From a virus, in the IMG/VR virus record IMGVR_UViG_3300028008_001363, positions 1 to 64,000 of that record: a stretch of DNA of 64,000 bases. The stretch is one strand, 5' to 3'. The position numbers and the translations under genes are program-made. The notes beneath the pieces were generated by a model that was not told the DNA's origin, ran no database searches, and saw nothing but the letters and a program-made list of their open reading frames with translations. Of the stretch, positions 17,416-28,554 are shown in pieces. Numbering within the stretch: position 1 is the first letter of the stretch; each line of letters opens with the position of its first letter.

Positions 17416-19653
17416 ATGGCAGAACAAGAACGAGATGGAAGTGTAGATAGAATTAGTATCACATTAGAGAGGGCAGTTCAATTTGCCAATTCTCTAACAC
17501 ACGAATACGTCACACTAGAACATTTATTATTTTCTATTTTAGAAGAATCAGATGTTAGTGACTTATTGACCGATATGCAAGTAAAAAGTGGTGCTATCGC
17601 AGAAGACGTTGAGAAATATCTGAAAGATAGAGAAGATATTACTGATATGTCAGCGGCAATGGATAGACGAGGACCTCGTAAGACTGCGGCGTTGAGTAGA
17701 GTATTTAATCGTGCTATCACTCAAGTTATCTTTAGTGGCAGAACTAAACTATTTTGTAGAGACGTATTAATTTCATTATTAAGTGAAACAGATTCTTATG
17801 CATATTTCTTCTTAGCCAAACATGGAGTAACAAGAGAAGGTGCTATCACAATTATTCAAAAAGAATTCTACACGTCTAAACCTGCTCAAACTGGTGACCC
17901 ATCACAGACTGTCAAATTTGAAGACTTTTGTACAAATCTAAACGAAACTGCTAGTGAAGGTTTAATTGACCCGGTTATTGGTAGAGAAGAAGAACTAATT
18001 GAAATTACAGAAGTTCTAGCCAGACGTAAGAAGAACAATGTGATTATTGTAGGTGAACCAGGTGTTGGTAAAACAGCCATCGCCGAAGGTCTTGCATTAA
18101 TGATTTCAGAAGGCACAGTTCCTAATATACTTGAAGACAAAACTGTATATTCTTTAGATGTTACAAGTCTTGTTGCTGGTACAAAGTATCGTGGTGAATT
18201 TGAAGAACGTGCTAAACTAGTATTCGACCAACTTGCTAAGAAAGACAATGTTATTTTGTTCATTGACGAAATTCATATGATTATGGGTGCTGGTTCAGCC
18301 GGTGGTTCAAACATTGATATCGCAAACTTATTGAAACCATTATTAGCAAGTGGTAAACTATTCTGTGTTGGTGCAACAACAAGCGAAGAATACAGAGAAA
18401 ATTTCGAAAAAGACAGAGCATTACAAAGACGTTTTCAAAAAGTAGTAGTAGACCAACCAAGCAAAGAAACCACTAAACTAATTATTAAAGGTCTTAAACA
18501 ATATTACGAAGCATTCCATGAACTTGAGTATACAGATGATTCGCTTGATATGGCAGTTGAATTAGCAGAACGTTACATGCATGGCAAATACAACCCAGAT
18601 AGAGTTATTGATGTAATCGATATTGCTGGTGCAAGAGGCAAACTTCATGGTCACTCAGGTCCTATTACAAACAAAGAAATAGAAGAAGCGATTTCTAAGA
18701 TAACTCGTATTCCTATGGATATGATTGACGCAAAAGAAAATAATAATTTTATTCATTTAGAAGACAACATTAAGAAAAAGTTATTTGGTCAAGATGGCGC
18801 AGTTGGCACATTAGTTGAAAGTATTCTAGTAAGTAAATCAGGCATGAGAGAACGCAATAAACCTGTTGGTTCATTCTTATTCGTTGGTCCAACTGGTACT
18901 GGTAAAACAGAACTATGTAGACAACTTGCAGATAACTTATCAATAAAACTTCGCAAGTATGATATGTCAGAATATATGGAACAACATTCTGTATCAAAAC
19001 TTATCGGTGCTCCTCCAGGTTATGTCGGACACGCAGAAGGTGGTGCAGGTGCTGGACAACTTATCAATGATGTTGACGAAACACCAAACTGTATTGTTCT
19101 ATTAGACGAAGTAGAGAAAGCACATCCAAGTGTAATGAATTTATTACTCCAAGTTATGGACGATGGTCGTTTGACTAGTTCAACTGGTAAAACAGCAGAC
19201 TTTAGTAATGTAATTCTTATAATGACATCTAACTTAGGTGCGGCACAAAAGAATAAGAAAGCAATTGGTTTTAGTAACGACCATGACGATGCAAGTATGG
19301 TAGCAGTAAACAAGTTTTTCTCACCAGAATTTAGAAACAGACTAGATGCTACAGTTGAATTCGTAGCACTTGAAAGACATCATATTGATATGATTGTTGA
19401 TAAGACTATTAACGAGATTAATGAGATGTTGAAAGATAAGAATGTAACTATTACACTATCTGATTCAGCCAGAACATGGTTAAGAAATAGAGGATATGTA
19501 CCAGAGATGGGTGCTAGACCTTTACAGAGAGTGGTAAATGATTACATCAAAAAGCCAATATCAAAAGAGATTCTTTTTGGTAAACTAAAAGATGGCGGTA
19601 ATGCTAAAATTCTGATTAATGAGAAAGATAACGTTGAGTTTTTATATACATAA
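17416..19653 (+). CDS. clpA: ClpA-like Hsp100 ATPase
   Basis: HEYVTLEHLL N-domain; two Walker A motifs (GEPGVGKT, GPTGTGKT); no ClpB middle domain; IGF loop. Confidence 0.92.
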   Translation: MAEQERDGSVDRISITLERAVQFANSLTHEYVTLEHLLFSILEESDVSDLLTDMQVKSGAIAEDVEKYLKDREDITDMSAAMDRRGPRKTAALSRVFNRAITQVIFSGRTKLFCRDVLISLLSETDSYAYFFLAKHGVTREGAITIIQKEFYTSKPAQTGDPSQTVKFEDFCTNLNETASEGLIDPVIGREEELIEITEVLARRKKNNVIIVGEPGVGKTAIAEGLALMISEGTVPNILEDKTVYSLDVTSLVAGTKYRGEFEERAKLVFDQLAKKDNVILFIDEIHMIMGAGSAGGSNIDIANLLKPLLASGKLFCVGATTSEEYRENFEKDRALQRRFQKVVVDQPSKETTKLIIKGLKQYYEAFHELEYTDDSLDMAVELAERYMHGKYNPDRVIDVIDIAGARGKLHGHSGPITNKEIEEAISKITRIPMDMIDAKENNNFIHLEDNIKKKLFGQDGAVGTLVESILVSKSGMRERNKPVGSFLFVGPTGTGKTELCRQLADNLSIKLRKYDMSEYMEQHSVSKLIGAPPGYVGHAEGGAGAGQLINDVDETPNCIVLLDEVEKAHPSVMNLLLQVMDDGRLTSSTGKTADFSNVILIMTSNLGAAQKNKKAIGFSNDHDDASMVAVNKFFSPEFRNRLDATVEFVALERHHIDMIVDKTINEINEMLKDKNVTITLSDSARTWLRNRGYVPEMGARPLQRVVNDYIKKPISKEILFGKLKDGGNAKILINEKDNVEFLYT

Positions 19654-20279
19654 TGTACACTGAGACAGTAACAAAACTATTTTACAACTTATATCCTTAT
19701 AGAATAACTTATCCTAGATTGGGCAATCTTCCACGATTTTACTATCGTGTAGAGAAACCAAGTGAACATTCTTGGATGATTAGGAAACAATGCCACGATT
19801 ATTTAAAGAAAGAGTTCAAAGGTAGAATTAAGTTCAATAATGGATATCATACTCATGCTTATTTTCTGAAAAAAGAAGATTATTTAAAAGCAAAAGAAGA
19901 GTTTAAAGAGTTACACGTCAAATACACCGAACCATTATTTCCAGACTTAAAAGATATACTTGATAAGTTTGATTCCAATGTTGATTTACGAAAATCATTA
20001 TATCTTAAGAAACACAGATACAAAGTAGAACTATTATACACAATAGGCACTTTTGCTGATGTGTGCGATGATATCAACGAAACATTCAAAGACAACACCA
20101 ACTATGCAGTCTCAGGAAACATAAAGTCAGTAACTAAGCGTTTTGGCTACTATGGTTCATGGGCAACATACAGTATGTATTGTAAAGAACAAGTAGATGT
20201 GGAATACTTCACATTTATGTTTGGTGAGAACATAAAATCAATTTCCAAAGCAGTCCTAATAAGTGAATTAGATAAATAA
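19653..20279 (+). CDS. hypothetical protein
   Basis: 208-aa ORF with TAATG overlap. Confidence 0.6.
   Translation: MYTETVTKLFYNLYPYRITYPRLGNLPRFYYRVEKPSEHSWMIRKQCHDYLKKEFKGRIKFNNGYHTHAYFLKKEDYLKAKEEFKELHVKYTEPLFPDLKDILDKFDSNVDLRKSLYLKKHRYKVELLYTIGTFADVCDDINETFKDNTNYAVSGNIKSVTKRFGYYGSWATYSMYCKEQVDVEYFTFMFGENIKSISKAVLISELDK
20271..20278 (+). promoter_or_regulatory. T4-like late promoter
   Basis: GATAAATA upstream of the structural cluster. Confidence 0.6.
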
Positions 20280-20329
20280 GAGAAGAAGAAGATTCTTTAA
20301 CTACTAATACAACTTAAGAGGGAAGGCAT

Positions 20330-20701
20330 ATGGCTCGTAAAACAACTACTCTATTACCACTAACAGGCGCTACTTCATTAGACACTATAGGTGATGCAGT
20401 ACCAGGTGATTCATATTATGGTTACACAGATGGTGTTCATACAGTAGCAGTCTATGGCAACAACCTAAAAGGTCGCATCAAAATTCAAGGAACATTAGCA
20501 ACTACACCAACAGAAGATGATTGGTTTGACATTCTTCTTGCCGGTTTACCATATAAAGATTATGATAACTTTACTGGTGTAGATGGCTTTACTTTTGTTG
20601 CTAACTTAGTATATTTAAGAGCAAAATTAGACAGAACATCATTAGGTATAACAGACTACAGTACAGCAGGATTTGTAGGGAAGATTTACCTGAATTACTA
20701 A
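20330..20701 (+). CDS. putative virion structural protein
   Basis: Late promoter; beta-rich, IQGTL...DWF. Confidence 0.55.
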   Translation: MARKTTTLLPLTGATSLDTIGDAVPGDSYYGYTDGVHTVAVYGNNLKGRIKIQGTLATTPTEDDWFDILLAGLPYKDYDNFTGVDGFTFVANLVYLRAKLDRTSLGITDYSTAGFVGKIYLNY

Positions 20702-20713
20702 TAGGGAATAGAC

Positions 20714-23700
20714 ATGAGTATAAACGCACAACCATTTCAGCCACAGTTCAAACTTATTGGCAATTTAGCAGAAGACCAAGTACTAGTATACGACCAAAGC
20801 GAAGGCGCATTTGTCAACTCGGCAGGTGCTGGTGGTGGCGGAGCGGCTGGATTTACAGCAATCGAAAATGTCGGCTCAACAGGAACTGCAATACATTACG
20901 GTGAAGCAGGAACAACACTCCAACTTAAAAAATTAATTGGTGGCGATAATCTTACTATTACCGATAACGGTACTGGCGGATTAATATTAGCGGCAACAAA
21001 TACAGACACAATCCAAGATGGTACTAACTTAGGTACAGGTACTGCATTATTTCACTCTAAAGATTCCACATCACATGCTCTACAATTTAAGAGTTTGGCA
21101 GTAGGTGCAGGTCTTACATTAACAGATAACGGTAATGGAACAATTACACTTGTTAACACAGTATCAGGTGGTGGTTCAGCAGGTGCTGATGGTACATTAA
21201 GCAACTTATCAGATGTTGCAACAGCAAGAACAAATTTAGATGTATTTTCTAAAGCAGAAGGTGATGCAAGATACCACGATAAATTCTCAAACTTCTTACC
21301 TTCAGCAAATAACGTATATGACGTAGGTTCACCATCATTTAAATTTAATGATATATACGCTGAAACATTCCAAGGTACTGCCGTATTAGCAGAAAACTTA
21401 GCAATAAGTGGTACTGCCGGTCAAGTATTAACATATAACGGTTCAGCATGGGTAGCCGCAGACAACACCGGCGGTGGCGGTGGTGGTGGCGGTGGCAGTG
21501 TCCCACAATCATTATCAATATCTGGTTCTGATTTAACAATTTCAAGTGGCAACACAGTAGACTTATCTACTCTGCCAGGTTTAGGTTTTAATGGAACGTT
21601 TACTGCATTAACTGGAAAGCCAACAACGATTGCAGGTTATGGAATTACTGATGCATTAGCATTAGGCACAACTAGTACAACTGCACTTGCTGGTAACACT
21701 GTAATACCAACAGCAGTAAGTCAATTAACTAATGACTCAAATTATTTAACGAGCGTACCAGCACAAACTTTCGCTTCAATAACAGGCAAGCCAACAACAT
21801 TAGCAGGATATGGAATTACTGATGGCGGTGGTTCATATGCAAATAGTAATGTTGATACACATTTAAATGTAAGTAGTGCAACTGCTAACCAAGTATTAAA
21901 ATGGACTGGCACAGATTACGCATGGGTTACATCAACTGATAGTGACACAACATATACTGCCGGTACTGGACTAACATTATCAGGCACAGAATTCTCATTG
22001 ACATCTGGTCACTTTGATGGAGACTATAATAGTCTATCAAACAAACCAAATCTATTTGATGGAACATACTCATCATTAAGTGGTAAGCCAACATTATTCT
22101 CTGGCTCATATAATGACTTGTCAGCGAAGCCGACATTATTTGATGGTGCATACTCATCATTATCTGGTAGACCAACATTATTTGATGGAGCATATTCATC
22201 ACTAACAGGTAAACCTACAACACTCGCTGGTTATGGAATTACAGATTCATTTGATAATGCCGATATTGACACACATTTAAATGTAAGTGGTGCAACTACA
22301 AATCAGATGCTAAAATGGACAGGTACTGATTATGCATGGGTTACATCTACAGACAGTGACACAACTTATACTGCTGGTTCAGGACTAACATTAACAGGCA
22401 CAGTGTTCTCATTAACTGGTGGTGCAGTAACGCCATCAAGTGCAACAGCATTCACAAATAAGACTGGTAACATTAGTCAATGGACTAACGATGCAGGCTA
22501 CTTGACTTCAGAAACAGACTCACAAACATTATCACTTTCTGGCACAACATTATCAATCTCAACTGGTAATAATGTTGACTTAGGTGCATTGACACTTGAC
22601 GATTTTGCAGATGTGACAATTTCATCAGTTTCAGATGGACAGTTCTTAACATACAATAATAGTTCAGGTGATTGGACAAACTCAACAGTTTCTATTCCAA
22701 CACTTACAAGTCAATTAACAAACGATGCTGGCTTCATAACTTCAGCAAGTACATATGATAACAGTGATGTAGATGCACACTTAAATCAATCTAACCCAAC
22801 AAGTGGTTATGTACTAAGTTGGAATGGTTCAGATTACGCATGGGTTTCAAACGGTGCCTCAGGTGCCCATTATACAGATACAGACGCAAGGGCTGCCTTC
22901 TCAGCAACTACGGGATTATCATACAATAGTGGAACAGGTGTATTCTCACTGAATGCACAACTAGAGAATTTATCAGATGTAAGTTCTACTGCACCTTCAA
23001 CAGGACAAGTTTTAAAATGGAACGGTTCTACATGGACACCAAGTGCTGATGAAAATGATGATACAATTTATACATCATTCAATACAGATTTTGATACAAG
23101 ACTTTCAAGTAAATCAACAACTAATCTAAGTGAAGGCACAAACAAATACTTCACAGACACAAGAGTTAGAAATGCAATTAGTGTTGCAGGTGACTTATCA
23201 TATAATGCTTCAACTGGTGTTATATCTTTCACAGAAACTGATAACTATGATAATGCCGATGTTGATACACACTTAAACTCAGGTTCAGCAACTACAGGAC
23301 AAATATTAAGTTGGAATGGTTCAGACTATGACTGGATTGCAAACTCAGGAACACCGGCGTGGTCAGCAGTAACAAACAAGCCTACAACAATTTCAGGATT
23401 TGGTATCACAGATGCATTTGATGGAGCATATTCATCACTATCTGGCAGACCAACATTACCTACAAACGTAAGTGATTTAACTAACGATAGTGGTTTCTTA
23501 ACATCAGTTCCAGCACAGACTTTCGCTTCATTGACTGGTAAGCCAACGACAATCGCTGGATACGGAATTACAGATTCTGTAACACCAACTAGTTCACATA
23601 CATTTACAAATAAATCTGGTAACATTAGTCAATGGACTAATGATAGTGGTTACTTAACTTCGGTACCAGCACAATCATTTGCTTCAATAACAGGTAAACC

Positions 23701-25024
23701 ATCAACACTCGCTGGTTATGGAATTACAGATAGTTTCTTCTCTGGTGCATACGCAGACTTATCAGGCAAACCAACATTATTTGATGGAGCATATTCATCA
23801 TTGTCTGGTGCTCCTACAATGTATGCAAATAGTGATGTTGACTCTCATCTAAATCAAAGTAATCCAACAAGTGGATATGTTCTTTCTTGGAACGGTTCAG
23901 ATTATGCTTGGGTTGCCCAGTCTGGTGGCGGTGCTGGTGGTGATAAGATTGAAGAAGGCAACTCTAGTGTAGAAGTAATAGATGGCGGTGCAGATGGTCG
24001 TGTTGTATTTGAAACTAACGGCACTGACAGATGGCAAATTTCTAATTCTGGACATATTTTACCAGAATCAAATGCAACATATGATTTAGGCAGTAACGCT
24101 AATCGTGCCAGAAATGTATATTTAAATACTTCATTGTATATTGGTACAGATATAGTTGCAGTAAGTGGTGGCAAATTAACATTCAATGGCAGTGATGTAC
24201 AAGATTATGATAATCTTTCAAACAAACCAGATACAAATTCAGCAGGCACAGGCATCCAAATCAATTCAGGTGTAATTTCATTAAATTCAACATTAAGTGG
24301 ATTGTCAGATGTTTCAACATCATCACCAAGCACAGGACAAGTTCTAAAATGGAATGGTTCAGCATGGGCACCGGGAACTGATGTAGCGTCAGGTACTGCG
24401 GCAATGAATGATTTGACTGATGTTAGTACTTCAGGCATATCAAGTGGTGATGTTTTATCTTGGAATGGTTCAGCATTTGTGGCAACAACTCCATCAAGTG
24501 GCGGTGCTTCAGCGATTAATGACTTATCAGATGTAGATACAACAACAAATACACCATCAAATGGTGATGTTCTAACTTGGGTACAAGCAGATAGTGAATG
24601 GGCTCCAGCCGCACCTTCAGGTGGCGGTGGTGGTGGTTCTGGTGCTACAATTGAATACTTTAAATTGAACTACGCAACAAACGGAAACTTATCATCAATT
24701 TCAAATGCCACATCAGGCGTTAGTGCAACTATTGTATCAGCAACAGGTGGTGATGTAGAAGTATCATTCAGTTCAACAAATTATCCACCAGCAGGTATAA
24801 TGATTTACGGTTATGCATATTCTGCCAATGAGTATAATATTAAAAACGCACATGCTGACATGAATACAAGAAAAATGTCAGGTGGTGGTTCGGCAGGAAG
24901 TCCAATAGCATTTGGCACAATGGGCTCAGTAGATATAACACTAGACCTTAGAGAGGCATCAACGGGTGCAGGAAGAAGTTTCGGAACAACTACACATGCT
25001 TGGGTGATGTTTACAACAGTTTAA
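20714..25024 (+). CDS. Long repeat-rich fibre/virion protein
   Basis: G/S/T-rich; repeats GKPTTxAGYGITD, GQVLKWNGS.W, LSDV. Confidence 0.8.
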   Translation: MSINAQPFQPQFKLIGNLAEDQVLVYDQSEGAFVNSAGAGGGGAAGFTAIENVGSTGTAIHYGEAGTTLQLKKLIGGDNLTITDNGTGGLILAATNTDTIQDGTNLGTGTALFHSKDSTSHALQFKSLAVGAGLTLTDNGNGTITLVNTVSGGGSAGADGTLSNLSDVATARTNLDVFSKAEGDARYHDKFSNFLPSANNVYDVGSPSFKFNDIYAETFQGTAVLAENLAISGTAGQVLTYNGSAWVAADNTGGGGGGGGGSVPQSLSISGSDLTISSGNTVDLSTLPGLGFNGTFTALTGKPTTIAGYGITDALALGTTSTTALAGNTVIPTAVSQLTNDSNYLTSVPAQTFASITGKPTTLAGYGITDGGGSYANSNVDTHLNVSSATANQVLKWTGTDYAWVTSTDSDTTYTAGTGLTLSGTEFSLTSGHFDGDYNSLSNKPNLFDGTYSSLSGKPTLFSGSYNDLSAKPTLFDGAYSSLSGRPTLFDGAYSSLTGKPTTLAGYGITDSFDNADIDTHLNVSGATTNQMLKWTGTDYAWVTSTDSDTTYTAGSGLTLTGTVFSLTGGAVTPSSATAFTNKTGNISQWTNDAGYLTSETDSQTLSLSGTTLSISTGNNVDLGALTLDDFADVTISSVSDGQFLTYNNSSGDWTNSTVSIPTLTSQLTNDAGFITSASTYDNSDVDAHLNQSNPTSGYVLSWNGSDYAWVSNGASGAHYTDTDARAAFSATTGLSYNSGTGVFSLNAQLENLSDVSSTAPSTGQVLKWNGSTWTPSADENDDTIYTSFNTDFDTRLSSKSTTNLSEGTNKYFTDTRVRNAISVAGDLSYNASTGVISFTETDNYDNADVDTHLNSGSATTGQILSWNGSDYDWIANSGTPAWSAVTNKPTTISGFGITDAFDGAYSSLSGRPTLPTNVSDLTNDSGFLTSVPAQTFASLTGKPTTIAGYGITDSVTPTSSHTFTNKSGNISQWTNDSGYLTSVPAQSFASITGKPSTLAGYGITDSFFSGAYADLSGKPTLFDGAYSSLSGAPTMYANSDVDSHLNQSNPTSGYVLSWNGSDYAWVAQSGGGAGGDKIEEGNSSVEVIDGGADGRVVFETNGTDRWQISNSGHILPESNATYDLGSNANRARNVYLNTSLYIGTDIVAVSGGKLTFNGSDVQDYDNLSNKPDTNSAGTGIQINSGVISLNSTLSGLSDVSTSSPSTGQVLKWNGSAWAPGTDVASGTAAMNDLTDVSTSGISSGDVLSWNGSAFVATTPSSGGASAINDLSDVDTTTNTPSNGDVLTWVQADSEWAPAAPSGGGGGGSGATIEYFKLNYATNGNLSSISNATSGVSATIVSATGGDVEVSFSSTNYPPAGIMIYGYAYSANEYNIKNAHADMNTRKMSGGGSAGSPIAFGTMGSVDITLDLREASTGAGRSFGTTTHAWVMFTTV
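22013..22222 (+). repeat. Five tandem 42-nt (14-aa) repeats FDGxYSSLSGKPTL
   Basis: Read directly from the translation; further copies near 23417 and 23771. Confidence 0.85.
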
Positions 25025-25038
25025 AAGGTAAGAATTAA

Positions 25039-27066
25039 ATGGCAATCAATAAGACAAGTGCGATAGATTTAAATGTACCAGCCAAGGTAATACCTGTTTC
25101 TGTCTCTGCAAGGGTAACAGATGCATTATGGAACTACGATGATGGACTAGGCGACTTATGGTGGTCAGGCGGTTCTCAGCCAAAAGCATATAGATGGCAA
25201 CTAACTATGACTGTAACAACAGTTAATCATGGTTCGCACTTAACAAGAACACCTAAGAAATTTGATGGATTTGATATCGTAGTTGGTGATTATATTGCTG
25301 GTGCAACTGATGGTCGTGCTTTGCAGATTGTTAGTATTACATCTAAAACAGCAACCTCTTGTGTATGTTTAGTCGAAGATAGATTAAGATATAACACATT
25401 TAGAAGTTCCGCTGGTAATGGTATCTTTACAGTTCCGGGCAACGCAGTTATATTCCAAATTAACGAAAATGGTCATCCTATGATTGACCCGTTACCAGTT
25501 GGTATCGTATCAAGTGACTTTTATGCAAACGTAAACTCTCGTTTTCAGTATCTAAATCCACAAATGAACTATATGTTAGACCAAGTAGCACATGGTTTCG
25601 AACAAGGCGATGTGGTTGCAATTGACCATAACACTAACGTATTTGAATTAGCCGATGCGGCTAACATTGAAAGATTAGTTGGTACAGTAACACACGCTGG
25701 TCCTGGACCAAATAAATTCCTCGTAAGACCAGCAAATGGTATCGTTGACTTCGTTCCAGGTTTGCCAGGAAATCCAGGTGACTTTGTTTATCCAAAAACA
25801 GACAACTCTGGTGATTTAACACTAACAGATACTGGTGTTGCAATATTCTTAAAATTAACAAATGCTATTCCTAGTGTATCCAGAGGTACGGTTACTGATG
25901 GTACTGCTAGTGCGGCTGATAAATTAGAAATTAATGAAACTGATGTTTTGTTCACAACAAATTCTGGTGGTACTGTTTCGATAAACAATGCGGTAACTGA
26001 TATCAATGCAACAACATCTTCACATGGCGTAGTAGCATCTTCGACTCCAGCACCAAATACAATTACAAGTGATGCGGCAACTCACGGTTCTGCTTACGGT
26101 CTTGTTGGTGGTTTCCCACCATTTAGTGCAAGTATTAACGGAACAACAGTAAACTTCTCAACTACAACTGCTGGTCAAGCCGCTTACTCTATGGCTGTTG
26201 CTATTGCGGAAGATATGGCAGATGATATTAATTCGGTAGGTATTGCAAATGTTACAGCAACACATGTAAGTGGTAATCTAGTAATTACACATTCACTAGG
26301 TAATGCGTTTACTATTGTAAATGGAACATCAGATACTAATGGTAACGACTTTGCAGGTACAGCCTCAATCGCATCATTAGGTACATCATATAATGCGGCA
26401 TCAGGTGCAACTCTTAAGTTAACACGTTCTGACGGTGGTGAAATTATTCTTACTGATAAAGTTGGTACACCTACAGTAGATTTCGGTATCATGTCAGGTC
26501 ACTCTGGTTCATATGCACTAGGTCTAAATGTTGAAAAAGGTATTCGTAGCGGTGGTGGTATTACAGTTGTTGCAAACATGGCTGCCAGAAATGCAATGAA
26601 TCCTCTTACAGGTGACCAAGCACACGTATTAGACACAGGCGAAGGTGAATGGGCATTGTATCTATATTCAGGTTCTGCATGGACATTGATTGCTAACGAA
26701 GATAGTGCGGCAACAGATGCCAACTCATTATCACACACATTTACCACTCCAGTCGGTGGATTTGGTAACACATCAACAATCGTTCTTGGTAGAGTTAGTA
26801 GTAACTCAAGGATATTAAGTGTTCTAGTAGAATGTACTACTGCTATAGCCGGTCACTCTGGCGGAACACCATCATTAATCGTTGGTGTACAATCAGATAC
26901 TGATAGATTTATGGCTGATTATGAAAATGACATCGAAACAATTGGTTCATATGTAACAAATCCAGATTATCATTACGCTGGTGCAACTGAACTAGAAATC
27001 AAATGTGCCTTTGCTCACTACGGTGCTACATCTGGCGATTTGAAAGTCACAGTAACCTACGTTTAA
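25039..27066 (+). CDS. putative virion structural protein
   Basis: G/T/S-rich beta protein following the fibre gene. Confidence 0.65.
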   Translation: MAINKTSAIDLNVPAKVIPVSVSARVTDALWNYDDGLGDLWWSGGSQPKAYRWQLTMTVTTVNHGSHLTRTPKKFDGFDIVVGDYIAGATDGRALQIVSITSKTATSCVCLVEDRLRYNTFRSSAGNGIFTVPGNAVIFQINENGHPMIDPLPVGIVSSDFYANVNSRFQYLNPQMNYMLDQVAHGFEQGDVVAIDHNTNVFELADAANIERLVGTVTHAGPGPNKFLVRPANGIVDFVPGLPGNPGDFVYPKTDNSGDLTLTDTGVAIFLKLTNAIPSVSRGTVTDGTASAADKLEINETDVLFTTNSGGTVSINNAVTDINATTSSHGVVASSTPAPNTITSDAATHGSAYGLVGGFPPFSASINGTTVNFSTTTAGQAAYSMAVAIAEDMADDINSVGIANVTATHVSGNLVITHSLGNAFTIVNGTSDTNGNDFAGTASIASLGTSYNAASGATLKLTRSDGGEIILTDKVGTPTVDFGIMSGHSGSYALGLNVEKGIRSGGGITVVANMAARNAMNPLTGDQAHVLDTGEGEWALYLYSGSAWTLIANEDSAATDANSLSHTFTTPVGGFGNTSTIVLGRVSSNSRILSVLVECTTAIAGHSGGTPSLIVGVQSDTDRFMADYENDIETIGSYVTNPDYHYAGATELEIKCAFAHYGATSGDLKVTVTYV

Positions 27067-27136
27067 CTCTTTTACAAATTCTCACAATTAGAAACAGATT
27101 GTTTCATAGAGAATCAAACTATTCGTATTTTTAAAA

Positions 27137-27144
27137 GATAAATA
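27137..27144 (+). promoter_or_regulatory. T4-like late promoter
   Basis: GATAAATA. Confidence 0.55.
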
Positions 27145-27172
27145 CATATAGAAAAGTAATCGAGTATAAGAC

Positions 27173-27469
27173 ATGAAAACAAAAACAGCACACTGGCTTC
27201 ACATAGCACCAGAATATTTTAGCAGATGGAGACTCTTTCCTAGAGCATTTATCTCTATGTACATCTATCTTTTATATGATGTAGTTCAATGGTTTATGCT
27301 ATTACCAGAGCCAAACTCCCAACAAGCAGGTTTAGTATCAGTCCTAGTAGGTTCTGGTGCGGCATGGTTTGGTTTGTATGTAAATTCTAGTTCAACTAAG
27401 TACGAAGAACTTCAAGTTACAAGCACAACTATGAAAACTTCAGATAAGCGAGAAAACCAAGTACAGTAA
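27173..27469 (+). CDS. two-TM membrane protein (possibly holin-like)
   Basis: WRLFPR followed by two TM helices. Confidence 0.5.
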   Translation: MKTKTAHWLHIAPEYFSRWRLFPRAFISMYIYLLYDVVQWFMLLPEPNSQQAGLVSVLVGSGAAWFGLYVNSSSTKYEELQVTSTTMKTSDKRENQVQ

Positions 27470-27470
27470 G

Positions 27471-27953
27471 ATGAATAAAAGTAATTTTAAATATCATATT
27501 AGACTGAAAATGACAGAAGAGTTACCAAAGACAGATGTCCGAGGTATCATAACTGTTCTTAAAAAAGCAGTAGTAAATATTTTTCAGCCATTAGAGGATG
27601 GTACAGCCGTGATTTATCATTTAGGTAATGAAGCATTGTATGAACACATATATGATTTTAGATTAAATCGAGGTGTATCAGAAGAAGAAGCAGAGGTCAT
27701 TCTTGGTCTTATAACAGACTGGACAGAAAAAGACTTTATAATGGAAATTACAACTACAGACACTTACGATTTGCCAGAAGGTGAAACAGAAGTCGATTTA
27801 ACTGCTATGAAACATAACAGATGGATGACAGAAAAAGTAGAAAATGGTTGGAGATATGGCTTACAATTCAACGAAGAAGACAAAACAGACCCACGATTAC
27901 GCCCTTACGACCAACTAACAGATAAACTGAAAAATATATCAGAAAATGGTTGA
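27471..27953 (+). CDS. RyR-domain protein
   Basis: HNRWMTEKVENGWRYG...KTDPRLRPYDQL. Confidence 0.8.
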   Translation: MNKSNFKYHIRLKMTEELPKTDVRGIITVLKKAVVNIFQPLEDGTAVIYHLGNEALYEHIYDFRLNRGVSEEEAEVILGLITDWTEKDFIMEITTTDTYDLPEGETEVDLTAMKHNRWMTEKVENGWRYGLQFNEEDKTDPRLRPYDQLTDKLKNISENG

Positions 27954-27978
27954 CTTCTTGGTACAGGTACTGTATTAT
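27950..27978 (+). promoter_or_regulatory. sigma70-like promoter
   Basis: TTGACT-17-TATTAT overlapping the previous TGA stop. Confidence 0.5.
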
Positions 27979-28002
27979 ATAAGAACAAATAGGTAGAAAT
28001 TT

Positions 28003-28542
28003 ATGTCAGGAACAAAAAGATTATATAATTTAGATGAAAAGAACTATTTCAAGTTCTTTGGTATTGAAGAAAAGCAAGGAACTAGTATCCGAAGCCTTTC
28101 TACGCACTACAAAAAGATTCTAAACTTATTAAAAGACGATAATTCATTTATCGGGAGAGACCACAAAGAGTTCGCACACCGAGCCTTTAATACATTGGTC
28201 GACCCAATCTTACGTGCAAGATACATTTTAGAAACCAATGGTCACGAATGGGATTTTAGAGACGGTACAACACCAGAAGACTTGAGTTTTATTTCTGATT
28301 TGAGAGTTCAACTTACTAGAGCAAACTTACAATATGAACTTGAGAATTTCATTTTTGAACTGAAAGGACATACTAACTTTATCATAGAACAGATTGAAGA
28401 AAGTATTGATGTTTACAGTAATTATAAAACAGCCATTGGGCTGATTAATCGATTTTACGAGATATCTCATCTACATGAAGAGGCATCAGGTAAAAAATAC
28501 GAAGTAGAACAAGGAATACACCACGGTGTGTTCGACCACTAG
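28003..28542 (+). CDS. HscB-like co-chaperone lacking HPD
   Basis: NYFKFFGI...AFNTLVDPILRARYIL; adjacent to erpA. Confidence 0.65.
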   Translation: MSGTKRLYNLDEKNYFKFFGIEEKQGTSIRSLSTHYKKILNLLKDDNSFIGRDHKEFAHRAFNTLVDPILRARYILETNGHEWDFRDGTTPEDLSFISDLRVQLTRANLQYELENFIFELKGHTNFIIEQIEESIDVYSNYKTAIGLINRFYEISHLHEEASGKKYEVEQGIHHGVFDH

Positions 28543-28554
28543 AGAGGAAGTAAA

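Noticed and set aside
22013-22222. CRISPR array or DGR repeats
   Set aside because: In-frame degenerate coding repeats without spacers; no cas or reverse transcriptase gene in the window
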